Assembly (NCBI RefSeq): GCF_001194135.2
Contig: NC_068986.1
Coordinates: 85,138,166 to 85,202,165, forward strand
Direction of reading: 5' to 3'
From: Octopus bimaculoides
Lineage: Eukaryota
DNA length: 64,000 nt
The notes below the pieces were generated by a model. That model searched no databases, had not been told where the DNA came from, and saw only the letters and a list, made by a program, of their open reading frames with translations. Position 1 is the first letter of the stretch. Every line of letters begins with the position of its first letter. The translations under genes and the position numbers were made by a program. Below are positions 13,401-25,239 of the stretch, one piece after another.

Positions 13401-13895
13401 TATATATATATATATATACGTGCATGTAATATGTGTGTATGTGTGTGTGTATGTGTGTGTGTATGTGTGTATACATAGAACGTATTCCCTTACGGTTTCC
13501 ATCATCCAAATGCCACTCAAATGATCATTACCATATTATATAAGAAGGAAAGACACCATCCTATCATTCAGTGCAATTCAACCTACACATCACGAGTTGC
13601 GAAGTGAACCACTTTATCACACATCATGTCTGCGCCCATGTATGAAATATGAAGTGGGACGGTTGCAGTGCGATCGTATTTTTTCATAGATCTCATTGCT
13701 CAGGAACGACATCGGGTTTAACAACAAAAAGGCTTATTAACAATAAGCAACATTCAGTCATAGAATATTGTTATGCGTAAAGTTATTACCTGCTGTAAAA
13801 TCCTCAAAGCTTTCCAAAAGCTTTTTCTGAATTGTTTCTTCGGTGGAAGAATGTGTTAGACTTGAGAAAAGGACGGCACACATCAACAGAACCAT
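3061..13895 (-). CDS. ACE: ACE-like peptidase M2 (peptidyl-dipeptidase A family), 5'-partial spliced gene model: 5 coding exons, 282 aa in window, continues off the left edge
   Basis: Joined exons 13895-13790 (106 nt), 13190-13042 (149), 11390-11233 (158), 9636-9404 (233) and 3261-3061 (201) are GT-AG with phases 1,0,2,1,1 and no stop. The protein has M2 hallmarks WRYETNIS, MSRTYSKSKLC..CLSLEPDL, LLWAWKGWRD, KPLYVELHTYVRHKL, IPAHLLG. ACE is a family-level call; orthology is not established. Confidence 0.93.
3685..3870 (+). mobile_element. tRNA-derived SINE (family D), degenerate
   Basis: TAGTGG..GATTCGATTCC head followed by TTCTTGAGCAAGGCACTT. A related copy is at 30400-30590. Confidence 0.55.
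3875..4190 (+). mobile_element. tRNA-derived SINE (family B, internal (TG)n)
   Basis: Shares GACCAAAGCC..GTGGATTTGGTAGACAGAAACTGAAAGAAG and GCTTGACAACC..TAGCGGTTCG with the copies at 24832-25239 and 47503-47873. Confidence 0.8.
5175..5400 (-). mobile_element. SINE family A, degenerate
   Basis: TTTTATCGACCCCGAA..AAAGTCG..ATTTGAACTCA..GCCGCTAAGC block, shared with 21245-21380 and 32697-32850. Confidence 0.75.
9404..9636 (-). CDS. ACE: ACE-like coding exon 4
   Basis: KQKVFQQQMSRTYSKSKLCAARKCLSLEPDLIKMMSVSRDPRQLLWAWKGWRDVIGPSTRDLLTNYVHLLNIGATDN-G. Acceptor tatatttattag| in phase 2; donor G|GTAAGC in phase 1. The conserved Cys pair is present. Confidence 0.95.
10055..10285 (-). mobile_element. 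SINE family B, 3' half
   Basis: TTCAGTCATTTGACT..GCTGGAGCACC..TCGACCCCAGGACTTATTCTTTGTAAGCCTAGTACTTAT; truncated at an N gap. Confidence 0.8.
11233..11390 (-). CDS. ACE: ACE-like coding exon 3
   Basis: LISVSIQSDAWFRKQAKFSRLLLDHFPFDDLDMKRQLRLKSVTAVPESDAII-R. Acceptor ttttctactgttacag|; donor CG|GTAAGT in phase 2. Confidence 0.88.
13042..13190 (-). CDS. ACE: ACE-like coding exon 2
   Basis: (G)PQLLKDSVTKETVQRWLEHSNEVSRVWNERLNSAQWRYETNISQENSNQ. Long polypyrimidine tract then AAG| acceptor; donor CAA|GTAAGA in phase 0. Contains an N-I-S sequon. Confidence 0.9.
13790..13895 (-). CDS. ACE: ACE-like coding exon 1 (start codon and signal peptide)
   Basis: Manual minus-strand translation: MVLLMCAVLFSSLTHSSTEETIQKKLLESFEDFTA-G. 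It ends at donor CAG|GTAATA in phase 1, which matches the phase-1 acceptor at 13190. An upstream acceptor tttatattttcag| lies at 13916. Below the ORF-track length cutoff. Confidence 0.8.
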
Positions 13896-15049
13896 CACAG
13901 TATACAACTGTATATTCTGAAAATATAAAGATAGAATAATGAACTCAATGGGAGCTGCTCAATGAACAATTGCTGAGTGACGTACAATACAATTCTAAAT
14001 TGAAATTAGTACTAAATTAGTACCACGTGGTTCCATATGGTTGTCAGATTTAGCCTTGAGATTAGTAACTGAGTAGAAAAATAAAAGACCGGTCGTGATT
14101 ATCCCACTTTTTCTTACTTTTCAGGCATCTTGAACTGCATTATTCAATGAGTACTTTCTTTCTAAGATGGTAGTACATATAATTTGAAAGACATTTGGGC
14201 GCTCTTTCTAGCAGTTGAGGCAACCACAGTCGGGCCTCCTCATTGACTGTTGTTGTTGTTGATTTAGACCCAAATCAGCTTTGCTTTAGCGGATTTATGA
14301 AGGAAAACATTCGATTTATGACCACTCAGATTTTTTTTCTACTTGTGAGGAATTCAAAACCCCATTACCAAGCATGTTCAAGATGGTGAAATGTGGTTCG
14401 ACGAAAATTTAGTTGTTATTTCTACAGATCGGCCTACCAAACATAAGTTCCTTAACAAGTAAAACGCGTTTCTTGGTATATTCGGTGGGTGACCTCAGCG
14501 ATGTATTTCTATTCACCATTGTGTCAATTTCGGGGTGGAGATAAGGGAAATGAAACTATGAACCTGTCGTTAATGCCTCCAACAAAGCAAAGTTCGTAGT
14601 TCGAGCACACTTACAAAGTACGTCTCTGTATAACAATTCTGCTTCATATATAACAATTCTCTGTATAACAATTCTGTTGCTTGTATAACAATTCTGCTGC
14701 TTGTGGCAATAAAGTGTTTCTTTATGTGACAACTTACAGCGTGGGGAAGTGACTGTTGAATGTTAGGTACCTTTTTTAGAGGCTGCACACCGCCAGTAAT
14801 AGCATTACACATTCTACGGTTATCTGCAAACATATTGGCGTGGATAACCGCAGATCTTGAACATATTAGTGATAGAATATTTTCCAAGAAATGAAGATGT
14901 GACTCCAAAGCTCTTGGCGATATTTTTCAGTGAAGCTTACAAATATATACAAAAAAATAAAATGAACATTTTGCACTCTCCGTTTACTGAACCCTTCATC
15001 GATGTCTTTCCTCATCGCTGATGTTATTCCTCCACCGGATTTGGAAAAT

Positions 15050-15400
15050 ATTGCCTGCTTCTGTTCATAGCCACTTACATACTTTGATAGAGCAGTTTAG
15101 TGTTACTTCGTCGCTGGCTATAGTGATATTATCTATGTTTCCTATGATACATAGTTATCTATGACTGGCCATCTGTTTCGTTAACAATTTTTTTAACAGA
15201 TCTGAAGGTACAGTGAATGCAATAGGTCTTCATATTAGAAATTACATCCTGATCTATAAATTGGATAAGAAATTGATGTCTTGTGGTCGATAAACTTCTG
15301 TAGCAATGCAGGTTTGAAGGCCAAGATGATAATGCTGAAATCTAGAAGCGTTGTTCTTGGAGAAGGTTGTACAAATACTTTGATTTTCTGGATGATAATA
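15050..15400 (+). mobile_element. Highly degenerate LINE RT remnant (RTE-like)
   Basis: Only a short motif, NRSEGTVNAIGLHI, resembling the post-YADD segment of RTE RTs. Many stops. Confidence 0.3.
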
Positions 15401-18400
15401 GTCAGAACGAAGTGATTATATACATTTTTAAAGTTGTTTATCGAGTGTTACTCTCCTAGTGTGTATGTCTATGACTTGGCTAGCGTTGTCATCAAAATGT
15501 TTCAGTCAGGTGATCCAAATGGCATTAATCAATTAGTGGTACGCCTGTGGTAGTGGTGGTGGTGTGGTGGTCGTAGTTGTGATCGTGGGAGCAGAATTTG
15601 GACAGACTGAAAAGTTCTCCATCGAAGCGATTCATTGAAATGGGGCTTCCAGACACAGGAAGAAAATGATTTGATCACGTATACAATCTTGCAGTAGTCC
15701 ATTGTGATTGGAATATCTTCAGAGATGTTTTAATGAAGTGTTACATGACCATAAATGATAAGAACTCCTGAAATTGGACTCTCAGAGCCAGAAATACCTG
15801 GATACCACCTGGGTTAGTTGCTCATGTACTGAAAGTGATATTCCTAACAACTAGCCACTTCTTGTTGCGTTCATAGAATTTTCCTGTCTAGAGACACAAG
15901 AAAGCACAGTAGATGTGAATTCACTACCATACAACAAACGGAAAAGTCTCCTTATATTCTCACAACCTGATAGGAATAACTGCCAATTTGCACTTAAATT
16001 ACATCCTGCCGTCTTAAATAAGGAAAAGTGGAAACGGTTAATATTAGTTTTTCAAAGCATCTCTAAAAGGACGCGATATCTATGGGAGGAATGATTTCCA
16101 TTATAAGTCTGGTCGATAAGATAATATCTAGGCATAATTAACAACAATGACAACAGCCGCTACTCAGTACCATACGGTTGTCAATATTTAATAATTTATC
16201 CACTTGGTCATGGTGCCTTTACTAGAGACGTAATGTCTAGTAAAAATCAATACATGTATCAAGGCATACCAACAATGATAGACAGTAGTGTGTGGGCATT
16301 AGACTACGAACGAACGATATAGATTCGAATATGTATTATAAGTCTATGGCAGTCACGATAGAAGTAGGAACCAACATTGACTAGGTGGAAATAGGAGAGC
16401 TATAAAGCAGAAATACAGCGTTGGTATAACAAGAATCACCAGAATGCTCATTATGCATAACAATTGTATAATAATAGACCAGATATGGTTAATTTAAATC
16501 AGTCCCTAATACACCCAGTATTTTATTTTATTTAGTGGAAGGATGGCTTAATGAAGTCCTAATGTGCAGAATTTACATCCCGAAATAAGAGCGAAATAAA
16601 TAAACACTGTAAAGTATGCCTTTTAGTGTTCTATCTATTCGTACAATTTATTTCTTGCTTGATCTGATATAATATAATTACAAATATTTTTGACAGTGTC
16701 AGCTGCACTTTCACTCTGAAATACGTGTTTTTCAGTTTTGGTCTCATAAAGATTAGCTTGAGGGGAGATTCTACTTCAAAGTAAAATACTCAGTGGAGCA
16801 CATAGATTTCAGAGGGAACATTTTCAACTTCAAATTGTGGTTTATAATTTAGGAAGAAGGCCAGCAGATTTGAACGGAGGTGGTTAGTCGATGCCATCCA
16901 TACAAATGCCTTACCGATGTATCCTTGTTTTCGAGTCCGGAGAGATAAAAGGTCTAAATTTGAACTCAGAACGGGGAGAGAAACATTGTCTGACGCTTTA
17001 ATAAATCCTCCGAACGACTGCACTTGTAAAACCTCAGTACCTAAATAAATAGAAAATCACTTCGACTGCACTTACTGAAATGCAATTTCAGTTACTTCGT
17101 ATAATGTAATACATAATATTACCATATATATCCATAGCCACAGAATTATATCAAGAACGATGTAAATTTGTGAGAATAAAATCATTCTCAGAAACACTGA
17201 GCAGGAATGAAACAAAATATGAGAAATTATCGAACTTCGAAATCGTATCATGAACTCAAATATTTTTTGTTTTATATAACTCATAAGCCAGATATTATTA
17301 CACAGAGATATCGCTATGACAAACAGGTGGAATTTTATATTTCATTCTTGCATTTTTTTGGTTGTTTAATCCGAGATCAACCATTAGAGGACAGGCGTAT
17401 GAGCTGAATCATCTTAAATGTTCGGACAACACACACAGACACACATTATAAAAACATGCCTTTGCAAGTTCATTTCGCTTCTTGATACATAACTAGCAGA
17501 GAAGTAGTCTCTCTATAATGCACACATTAAGATACATGCATTAATACATGTAAATAGAACAAAGTCCACTTAATTTCCAGGTGTTTGTATGGCTCAGTGG
17601 GTGGCAATATATATATATATAATTGAAAAAGTTCGTTATAAGTATGAAGATACCATAAACAATTATAAAAATCTACAAAAGATGTTACAAAATTCAAATT
17701 GGATTTAATAGGTACATACGAACTTTTCGAAGGGCAATGGGAGAAAAAATTACAATAATAATAATCATAATTAAAGTCATGTATTGTCATTCGCGTCAGC
17801 GTGAATAATTTAAAGAACATCAAAAAAGTTATTAATAAAAATCATGAAGGAAAAACAAATGGGGTAATAGGGAAAATTTAACCGGATTTTACAAATAAGT
17901 TGTAAAAGGAAAACATTAAGATAAACGAAAAAGAAAGACATATCATATCGGCCCTTTTTTAATATTAATAATAAACTTAAATTATTTATATACTAATATG
18001 TGTTCCATTTATAGCGACTAAATCTAAACGATTGACTGGTAAAAGACAGGCCGAACCACTAGGAATTGAACATGACATCAACACTTACATGGCTTTGTAT
18101 GCACCCAATTCAGCCACATAGCCACATATATTGTTATATAAATAATATGATTATAGTTATTTTTGTGGTGGGCAGCCCCAAGTGAGAAGTGGGCCGGTTT
18201 CTCTACATACGCCTGCTCCTTCTCTCTCTCTATTCACTCCCCTTCACATCTTCTCACGTGTATATATACATACACGCACGTTTATATTTTGTTGTTGAAT
18301 TTATTAATGAGGATGTCGAGGAATGGAAGTTGTTGGTGGCTATATGCCATCGTAAACTGAATTTTTATGCCAAGTCCATTCGGAAACGTTTGAAATTCTT

Positions 18401-18489
18401 TAAGGCTCTCTTTACTTTCGTGCCAAAGAATAAAACAGTTATTTTCAATGTAACAGGGAGAATGGGTTTCCGTATTTTTCTAGTACCTT

Positions 18490-18800
18490 ACGATAAAAGT
18501 TGATTTCTACGTACCCCATGACTAGGTTAGCAAAGGACAGGGCCATTCATGTGCTCATCGCAGTCCCCGAATTGTCGTTTAGAAGTTTTCATTAAATACG
18601 AAGAAGTTATTCTCCAAGATGAATTTTAGTCCTTCTATTACGAATTCTTTCTTGATGCGGTATGAGAGTTCATTGGAGTAATTCTCTAGCCAGAATTCGA
18701 TTGCCAGGTTTCTCATTATTTTCTGCTGGCTGTAGCGTTGTGAAGTTTCATAAGATTCCACGAACAAGTTACTGTCACAGCACTCCTGTATTTTTCTTCT
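18490..18800 (-). mobile_element. Penelope-like RT fragment
   Basis: AIEFWLENY..KEFVIEGLKFILENNFFVFNENF followed by a frameshifted GTAMST*MALSFANLVMGYVE, which matches the PLE GTAMG..APxYANL motif. Confidence 0.75.
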
Positions 18801-18839
18801 TTTCTTTCTCCGTCTTCCTCTTCTTTCCCTACTCCTACT

Positions 18840-18908
18840 TCTCTTCCTCCTCCTCCTCCTCCTTCTTCTTCTTCTTCTTCTTCTTCTTCTTCTTCTTCTT
18901 CTTCTTCT

Positions 18909-18955
<47 letters not shown>

Positions 18956-18983
18956 TTCTTCTTCTTCTCCTCCTCCTCCGCCT
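18840..18983. repeat. (CTT)n/(CCT)n trinucleotide tract running into a gap
   Basis: Direct inspection. It explains the spurious poly-E, poly-R and poly-F ORFs. Confidence 0.97.
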
Positions 18984-19647
18984 NNNNNNNNNNNNNNNNN
19001 NNNNNNNNNNNNNNNNNNNNNNNNNNNNNNNNNNNNNNNNNNNNNNNNNNNNNNNNNNNNNNNNNNNNNNNNNNNNNNNNNNNNNNNNNNNNNNNNNNNN
19101 NNNNNNNNNNNNNNNNNNNNNNNNNNNNNNNNNNNNNNNNNNNNNNNNNNNNNNNNNNNNNNNNNNNNNNNNNNNNNNNNNNNNNNNNNNNNNNNNNNNN
19201 NNNNNNNNNNNNNNNNNNNNNNNNNNNNNNNNNNNNNNNNNNNNNNNNNNNNNNNNNNNNNNNNNNNNNNNNNNNNNNNNNNNNNNNNNNNNNNNNNNNN
19301 NNNNNNNNNNNNNNNNNNNNNNNNNNNNNNNNNNNNNNNNNNNNNNNNNNNNNNNNNNNNNNNNNNNNNNNNNNNNNNNNNNNNNNNNNNNNNNNNNNNN
19401 NNNNNNNNNNNNNNNNNNNNNNNNNNNNNNNNNNNNNNNNNNNNNNNNNNNNNNNNNNNNNNNNNNNNNNNNNNNNNNNNNNNNNNNNNNNNNNNNNNNN
19501 NNNNNNNNNNNNNNNNNNNNNNNNNNNNNNNNNNNNNNNNNNNNNNNNNNNNNNNNNNNNNNNNNNNNNNNNNNNNNNNNNNNNNNNNNNNNNNNNNNGT
19601 GTGTGTGTATGAGTGTGTGTGTGTGTGTGTATATGTGTGTGTATGTT

Positions 19648-19683
<36 letters not shown>

Positions 19684-20699
19684 CGTGTGTGTGGTATAAA
19701 ATTAATGTGGGCAGCTGAGCGCAATATAAACCGTATAGGCAAAACTTAGTCGTCACTAATTGCAACTGTATGAGCTACAAGCATATATATTGCTAAAGAT
19801 AAGAGCTAAACCACTCATAGATGTATAAAACCACATTTATATATACTGACAGGGTAGATAATTGCCCAATGAGCGAAGCAAAGCTAGAATACTAGATACA
19901 CCGTTTCATCTTAGTGGGAATTATCAACGGTGTGCCTCTATTGCTTCTATTTCCAGACAAAGAACCATAAAATAAGAACAATAATATCTCTGAAGTGAAG
20001 AAGGTATATATATATACATAGTGCGTGAGCTTATTTAGCAAAAAAAAAAACTAACAAAAAACAAAATAAATCAAAAAGATTCCTTATTGTTCTTATTCTA
20101 TTGTCTTTTGTTCAGAACATTCTCGTTGCACCTCCTGTGACCTCTTCTGAGACACTCCATCCCATGTGTCTCCTGCTTTTTTTAGTCCATTCGAAAAATA
20201 ATGGACTAAACCAACGTACGAAACACTCAGACCTTGAGTCACTCTGTTACTTCTTCTATATATAGCTTGTTTGGTTTAAGATTGCTACTTTCTATAGCAT
20301 CGTGGAATCTTTGCAAGCTGCTTGAGAATTTAAAGTTTGCAACATTTAACTTTTTGTGTGCCCAATTTGTGACAGACCATGCCTTTCTTTTCTGGGCTTA
20401 AATCTCATTTGCTAACCCATAGAAATGTGTGCGCACACATGCAAACACACACACACTCGTACATTCGGTAAAATAAATTAAGAACGAGACATAAACCATA
20501 TATACACTTACAAGTAAGTTGTAAATAGACAGCCCTCGTTATACCATTATATTTATGCTGACACTACTCATATTTTCTCCGCTCAAATTGATTAAGTGAT
20601 CAAAAACTGCAAAAGGTATATATAATCTAGTACTAAATGCTAAATTAAATACTCATATTAATGAAAACTTCGCGGCTTTGTGTAAAAGAAAATACACAA

Positions 20700-20870
20700 G
20701 GAACAGGTAATTATGATTTTATTCAACATATTCTCCTCTAAGATTCACACACTTATTGCAATAATCCTTCAATTTTTCTGAGCCCTTTAATAAAGTTCGG
20801 AAGCTTGGTTCTCCAACCAGGCCTTTAGCTATGCCTTAAACCCAGGAACTTTTGAGCACCCCTTTGTATT
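20700..20870 (-). mobile_element. Non-autonomous mariner-type fragment (one end)
   Basis: TTTATTCAACATA..CTC..AGATTCACACACTTATTGC, ending AACTTTTGAGCACCCCTTTGTA, which is a mariner-like TIR with terminal TA. Confidence 0.5.
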
Positions 20871-21244
20871 AAACTACATTATTTTGTTTTTAGAAGTACT
20901 TATTTAATAATATGATGGAGTGTATTTACTTTTGACATTACACACACACACACACACACTGCATGTATATATATAAAGAGAGAGTACACACAAGGACATA
21001 CACAAAGAAACGCCCACACACACTCAATGACACACATACATATCCACATATAAGAATGTGTGTGTGAGTATACGAGGGGCTTCTTTCAGTTTCCGTCTAA
21101 TGAATCCACTTAAAAGGATTTGAACTTTTTTAAGAGAAGTGGAGAATAAATTTATACTATATGTTTATATGTACATTCATATATATATATGTGTGTGTGT
21201 GTGTGAATGCTTATAAATAAGTATACTACTTATCTAGGTAAAAT

Positions 21245-21380
21245 TGGATCGACCCCAGTACGCAAGTGGTGCTTAATTTACCGACACCAAAAGGATGAAA
21301 GGCAAAGTCGACTTTGGGTGTATTTGAACTCAGAACGTGGAGACAGGCGTGCTAACGTTTCTGTCAGCTCGCCGCCTTGT
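21245..21380 (-). mobile_element. SINE family A
   Basis: AAAGGATGAAAGGCAAAGTCGAC..ATTTGAACTCAGAACG..CAGCTCGCCGCCT. Confidence 0.8.
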
Positions 21381-21918
21381 AGATAAATATTTTATTTATA
21401 TTCATATATATATACACGCACAAACATGTAGATATATACACAATATTACATTATATTATATCACATATTACATTACATTATATCATATATACTCCAAAGG
21501 ACACTTTTTTCTTTGAACATTATGCAAAACATATATTTACTACGTCATTTAGAAATATATAGTTTTGTATAAATAATTAAATACTAACTACTATATTACC
21601 CTTATAAGTTACATGCCTTATATTGTACATAATTACCAATCTGGTAGAAGCGAAAACTATTGTCATTCAAACTATATAATGATCAGTTATAGATAAGAAC
21701 AGGTTTTTTGTACGCTCATAAATATTACATTCGTAGTTATGTTTAGTATCTGTTAGAATTCCTTAACTCAACAGAAAGAAACGAAAGTTAGAGTCTTTAA
21801 TTTATTCGTAATGATATATAATTTTCTGAACGAAAACTAGACGTCTGTCTTAAGCAATTTATAAATAAATATGAGTCTAACTATCTCATGTGTATGATAT
21901 ATGAAATATGTGAATGTA

Positions 21919-21982
<64 letters not shown>

Positions 21983-22059
21983 GTGTGTGTATTTATACAT
22001 ACATACATTTACATATACATATGTATGTATATAGACATATATATATTATATGTCTTTTT

Positions 22060-22330
22060 GGTCAAGCAAATGGAACGCAGGACCTATTTTGAGCCTAGTA
22101 CTTAACCTATCAACTGTTTGGTCGAATCGCTAAGTTACGGAGACATCAACGCAACACCACCAGTTGTCAAGCGGCGGTGGGGACAAAAACACACACAAAG
22201 ACATACACAAAGAAACGCACACACACTCTCAGTGACACACACATACATACCTACATATAAGAATGTGTGTGTGAGTATACAAGGGGCTTCTTTCAGTTTC
22301 CGTCTAATGAATCCACTTAAAAGGCTTTGA
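22060..22330 (-). mobile_element. SINE family B, partial
   Basis: GCCTAGTACTT..CGCTAAGTTACGG..GTTGTCAAGCG..CTTCTTTCAGTTTCCGTC. Confidence 0.7.
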
Positions 22331-23137
22331 ACTTTTTTAAGAGAAGTAGAGAATAAATTTATACTATATGTTTATATGTATGACAAGTAAAAATATTTAG
22401 ATCTGTTTTCACAGAATAAATGTTTTCGTATTATAATTCTACTGAAAATAAATTAGTACACGATTTCTTAAGGTGTGTTTGACATATATAATGTATGCAA
22501 ACATATATCACAAATGTCAACAGGACGAGAGGGAGCAAGGAAAGTAAAGGTGTCACATATTGTTTCGAGTCTTTTGCAGTGGAAAGTATTTTAGTGTATA
22601 TATTGTTTAAATTTTGCCGCTATAAGCGTTTTTTTTTGTAGTACAGGAAAGCTGTCATTTTTTTCTAACATGGAACCGAATTTATTTTTTTCTTATTTAA
22701 AACCGTGTGCGGTTTGTGTATGTATGCATGTATCCATCCATCCATCCATCCATACATACATGCATATATGCATATGAGTTGCCATGCCTTGTGCCTTTCA
22801 ACTCCTTGACGGAATTATAAGGGTGCTGTTGTAACATAGAGAGTGTCTTGGTCAAATATTAGATATGGTAGAGCCTATCTGTTTTCATGTCTGACCACAA
22901 ACAATTTCCTCGAGAAAAAGATGATGAACGACAGAAAGTAGGAAAAAGTATGAGATAACGAAGAATAAACCCCAGGAAAGTCAAAGCTGACAACAGTGAG
23001 ATTTGAATCTAGAAGCCAGAGAGCTGATACTGTCATCAGAAAGCAGTTTATGCGTTATGTATGCGTGTATGCATGTATGTATGTATATATGTATGTATGT
23101 ATGTATGTATGTAAGTTTCTCTCTTTCTCTCAATCTA

Positions 23138-23170
<33 letters not shown>

Positions 23171-23173
23171 TTA

Positions 23174-23225
<52 letters not shown>

Positions 23226-24603
23226 TATGTGTTTGTTTTTGTGTGTATATGTTTGTGTACGCGCTCGTGCGTGTGCGTGTAAAAGAAAGTTAGAAACTTA
23301 CCATCATGATTTCTGGCAGAAATCTTTTCACATTACATCAGAAAATCACGTTCTGTAATCTGCTGACGATTCATAGTAATGCTGGGGTCGAGTTTCCAAA
23401 TATTTATAATATTGCTTTCCTTCCTTTCATATGAACTTAGAGAGAAAAGAATAAATGTAATGTCAGATGTCGACCTGGCTGTATTTTACTACCTCAGTGC
23501 GCATGACCAATTTGCGTTATTCAATTTTTAATATAAAGCAATGTTCACTTATTGAATACAATAGCTTCCTAAATTCGATTTCCGATAGTGGTTCTACAGA
23601 ATGACGAACTCAGAGCTTTTCCCGAGGGAAAATTTCAGTGCGAATCATCAAGTTTACATTTTTGATGTTTCTAGATTGGCTGCCATTAGTAAAAATATCA
23701 GCCAAGCAAAGTAGTACTGACAGTTTATACCTCGAGGGAATATGGCGGTAGCGCAACATTGAAAACTTTTCTCCGAATAAACTACTCCAAAGCCCTCGAC
23801 AGGAGCCTCAGAAATGAAACTAAGATGGCGTTTGTCGACAATAAGCAAATGATTTCTGAAAAAAATTTCCCGTGAGATGAGAAGACAAGGAACTTTCCAA
23901 AGCTTTACAGCAAATATGGCTGCTGCACGATGTGAAATATATCTACGTATCATATACAACTAGCTGTGAAGAAAATGTTATCGTCGTTGTCGTAGTTGTT
24001 GAGAATGATGATGCTGATGATTGTGATCAATAAAGACGACGATTATGGTGGTCATGATGGTGATGATGTTAATGGTAGTGGTTACGATAATGATGCTGAT
24101 AATGGTTCAACGTTAAAAATCAAATCTTATTATTTTGGACACTTTTTTTTCTGTAGAGGTGACATATTTCTTGTCAACGTGGGAAAAAAGCGAAGGCGAT
24201 GAAATCAGTAAACACACAGTGCTATTTCATATAAAAGAAGAATAAAATGTATCATACGTTTATGATATTTTCGCAGATACTTTTCTGGCGAATCAGAATT
24301 TTTTTTCTTGTATGATTTTTACAGTTGTTTTAACATGAGGTTTGTACTTTAGCTACCGTTACGAAATATGGTCAAAAATCTGTGGCACAAATATTTGTGT
24401 CCTGGTTTTTACACACGCACGCGCGCGCAAATACACACATGTATATATGTATGTATATGTATATATATATACACACATATATATATATATATATGAATAT
24501 ATATATATATATANNNNNNNNNNNNNNNNNNNNNNNNNNNNNNNNNNNNNNNNNNNNNNNNNNNNNNNNNNNNNNNNNNNNNNNNNNNNNNNNNNNNNNN
24601 GTA

Positions 24604-24641
<38 letters not shown>

Positions 24642-24831
24642 CCTATCTATCTAATTATCTATCTATCTATATATATATATATAAATATATATATATAGGG
24701 TGCTGTGCATAAACAGTTGTCTGAATTATGCAAAAATGAAAATAACACTGACATCTCATTTTAACAGGTATATTTACCAAAATCATATAAAAATATCTTG
24801 AAATACTAAACCCTTACTCTCTCTATATATA

Positions 24832-25239
24832 TTTACTTGTTTCAGTCATTTGACTGCGGCCATGCTGGAGCACTGCCTTTAGTCGAGAAAATCGACCCCA
24901 GGACTTATTCTTTGTAAGCCTAGTACTTATTCTATAGGTCTCTTTTGCCGAACCGCTAATTACAGGGACGTAAACACAACAGCATCGGTTGTAAAGCGAT
25001 GTTGGGGGGACAAACACTGACACACAAACACACATATATATACATATACATATTCATATATACGACAGGTTTCTTTCAGTTTCCGTCTACCAAATCCACT
25101 CACAAGGCTTTGGTCGGCCCGAGGCTATAGTAGAAGACACTTGCCAAGAAGACACAGTCCCACTGCCACGCAGTGGGACTGAACCTGGAACCGTGTGGTT
25201 GGTAAGCAAGCTACTTACCACACAGCCACTCCTGCGCCT
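24832..25239 (-). mobile_element. SINE family B, near full length
   Basis: The head GGCGCAGGAGTGGCTGTGTGGTAAGTAGC..GGTTCAGTCCC and the tail ..ACTGAAACAAGTAAA are both present. Confidence 0.9.

Noticed and set aside
15500-15960. Possible second degenerate LINE (CDWNIFRDV.., PWVSCSC..)
   Set aside because: Only two short motif resemblances with many stops; too weak to list as a feature.
18579-19765. Long ORFs of 300-390 aa here and at 37.7-40.4, 42.4-43.1, 46.4-47.5, 56.0-56.5 and 58.6-59.1 kb
   Set aside because: They are artefacts of N gaps plus dinucleotide or trinucleotide repeats.
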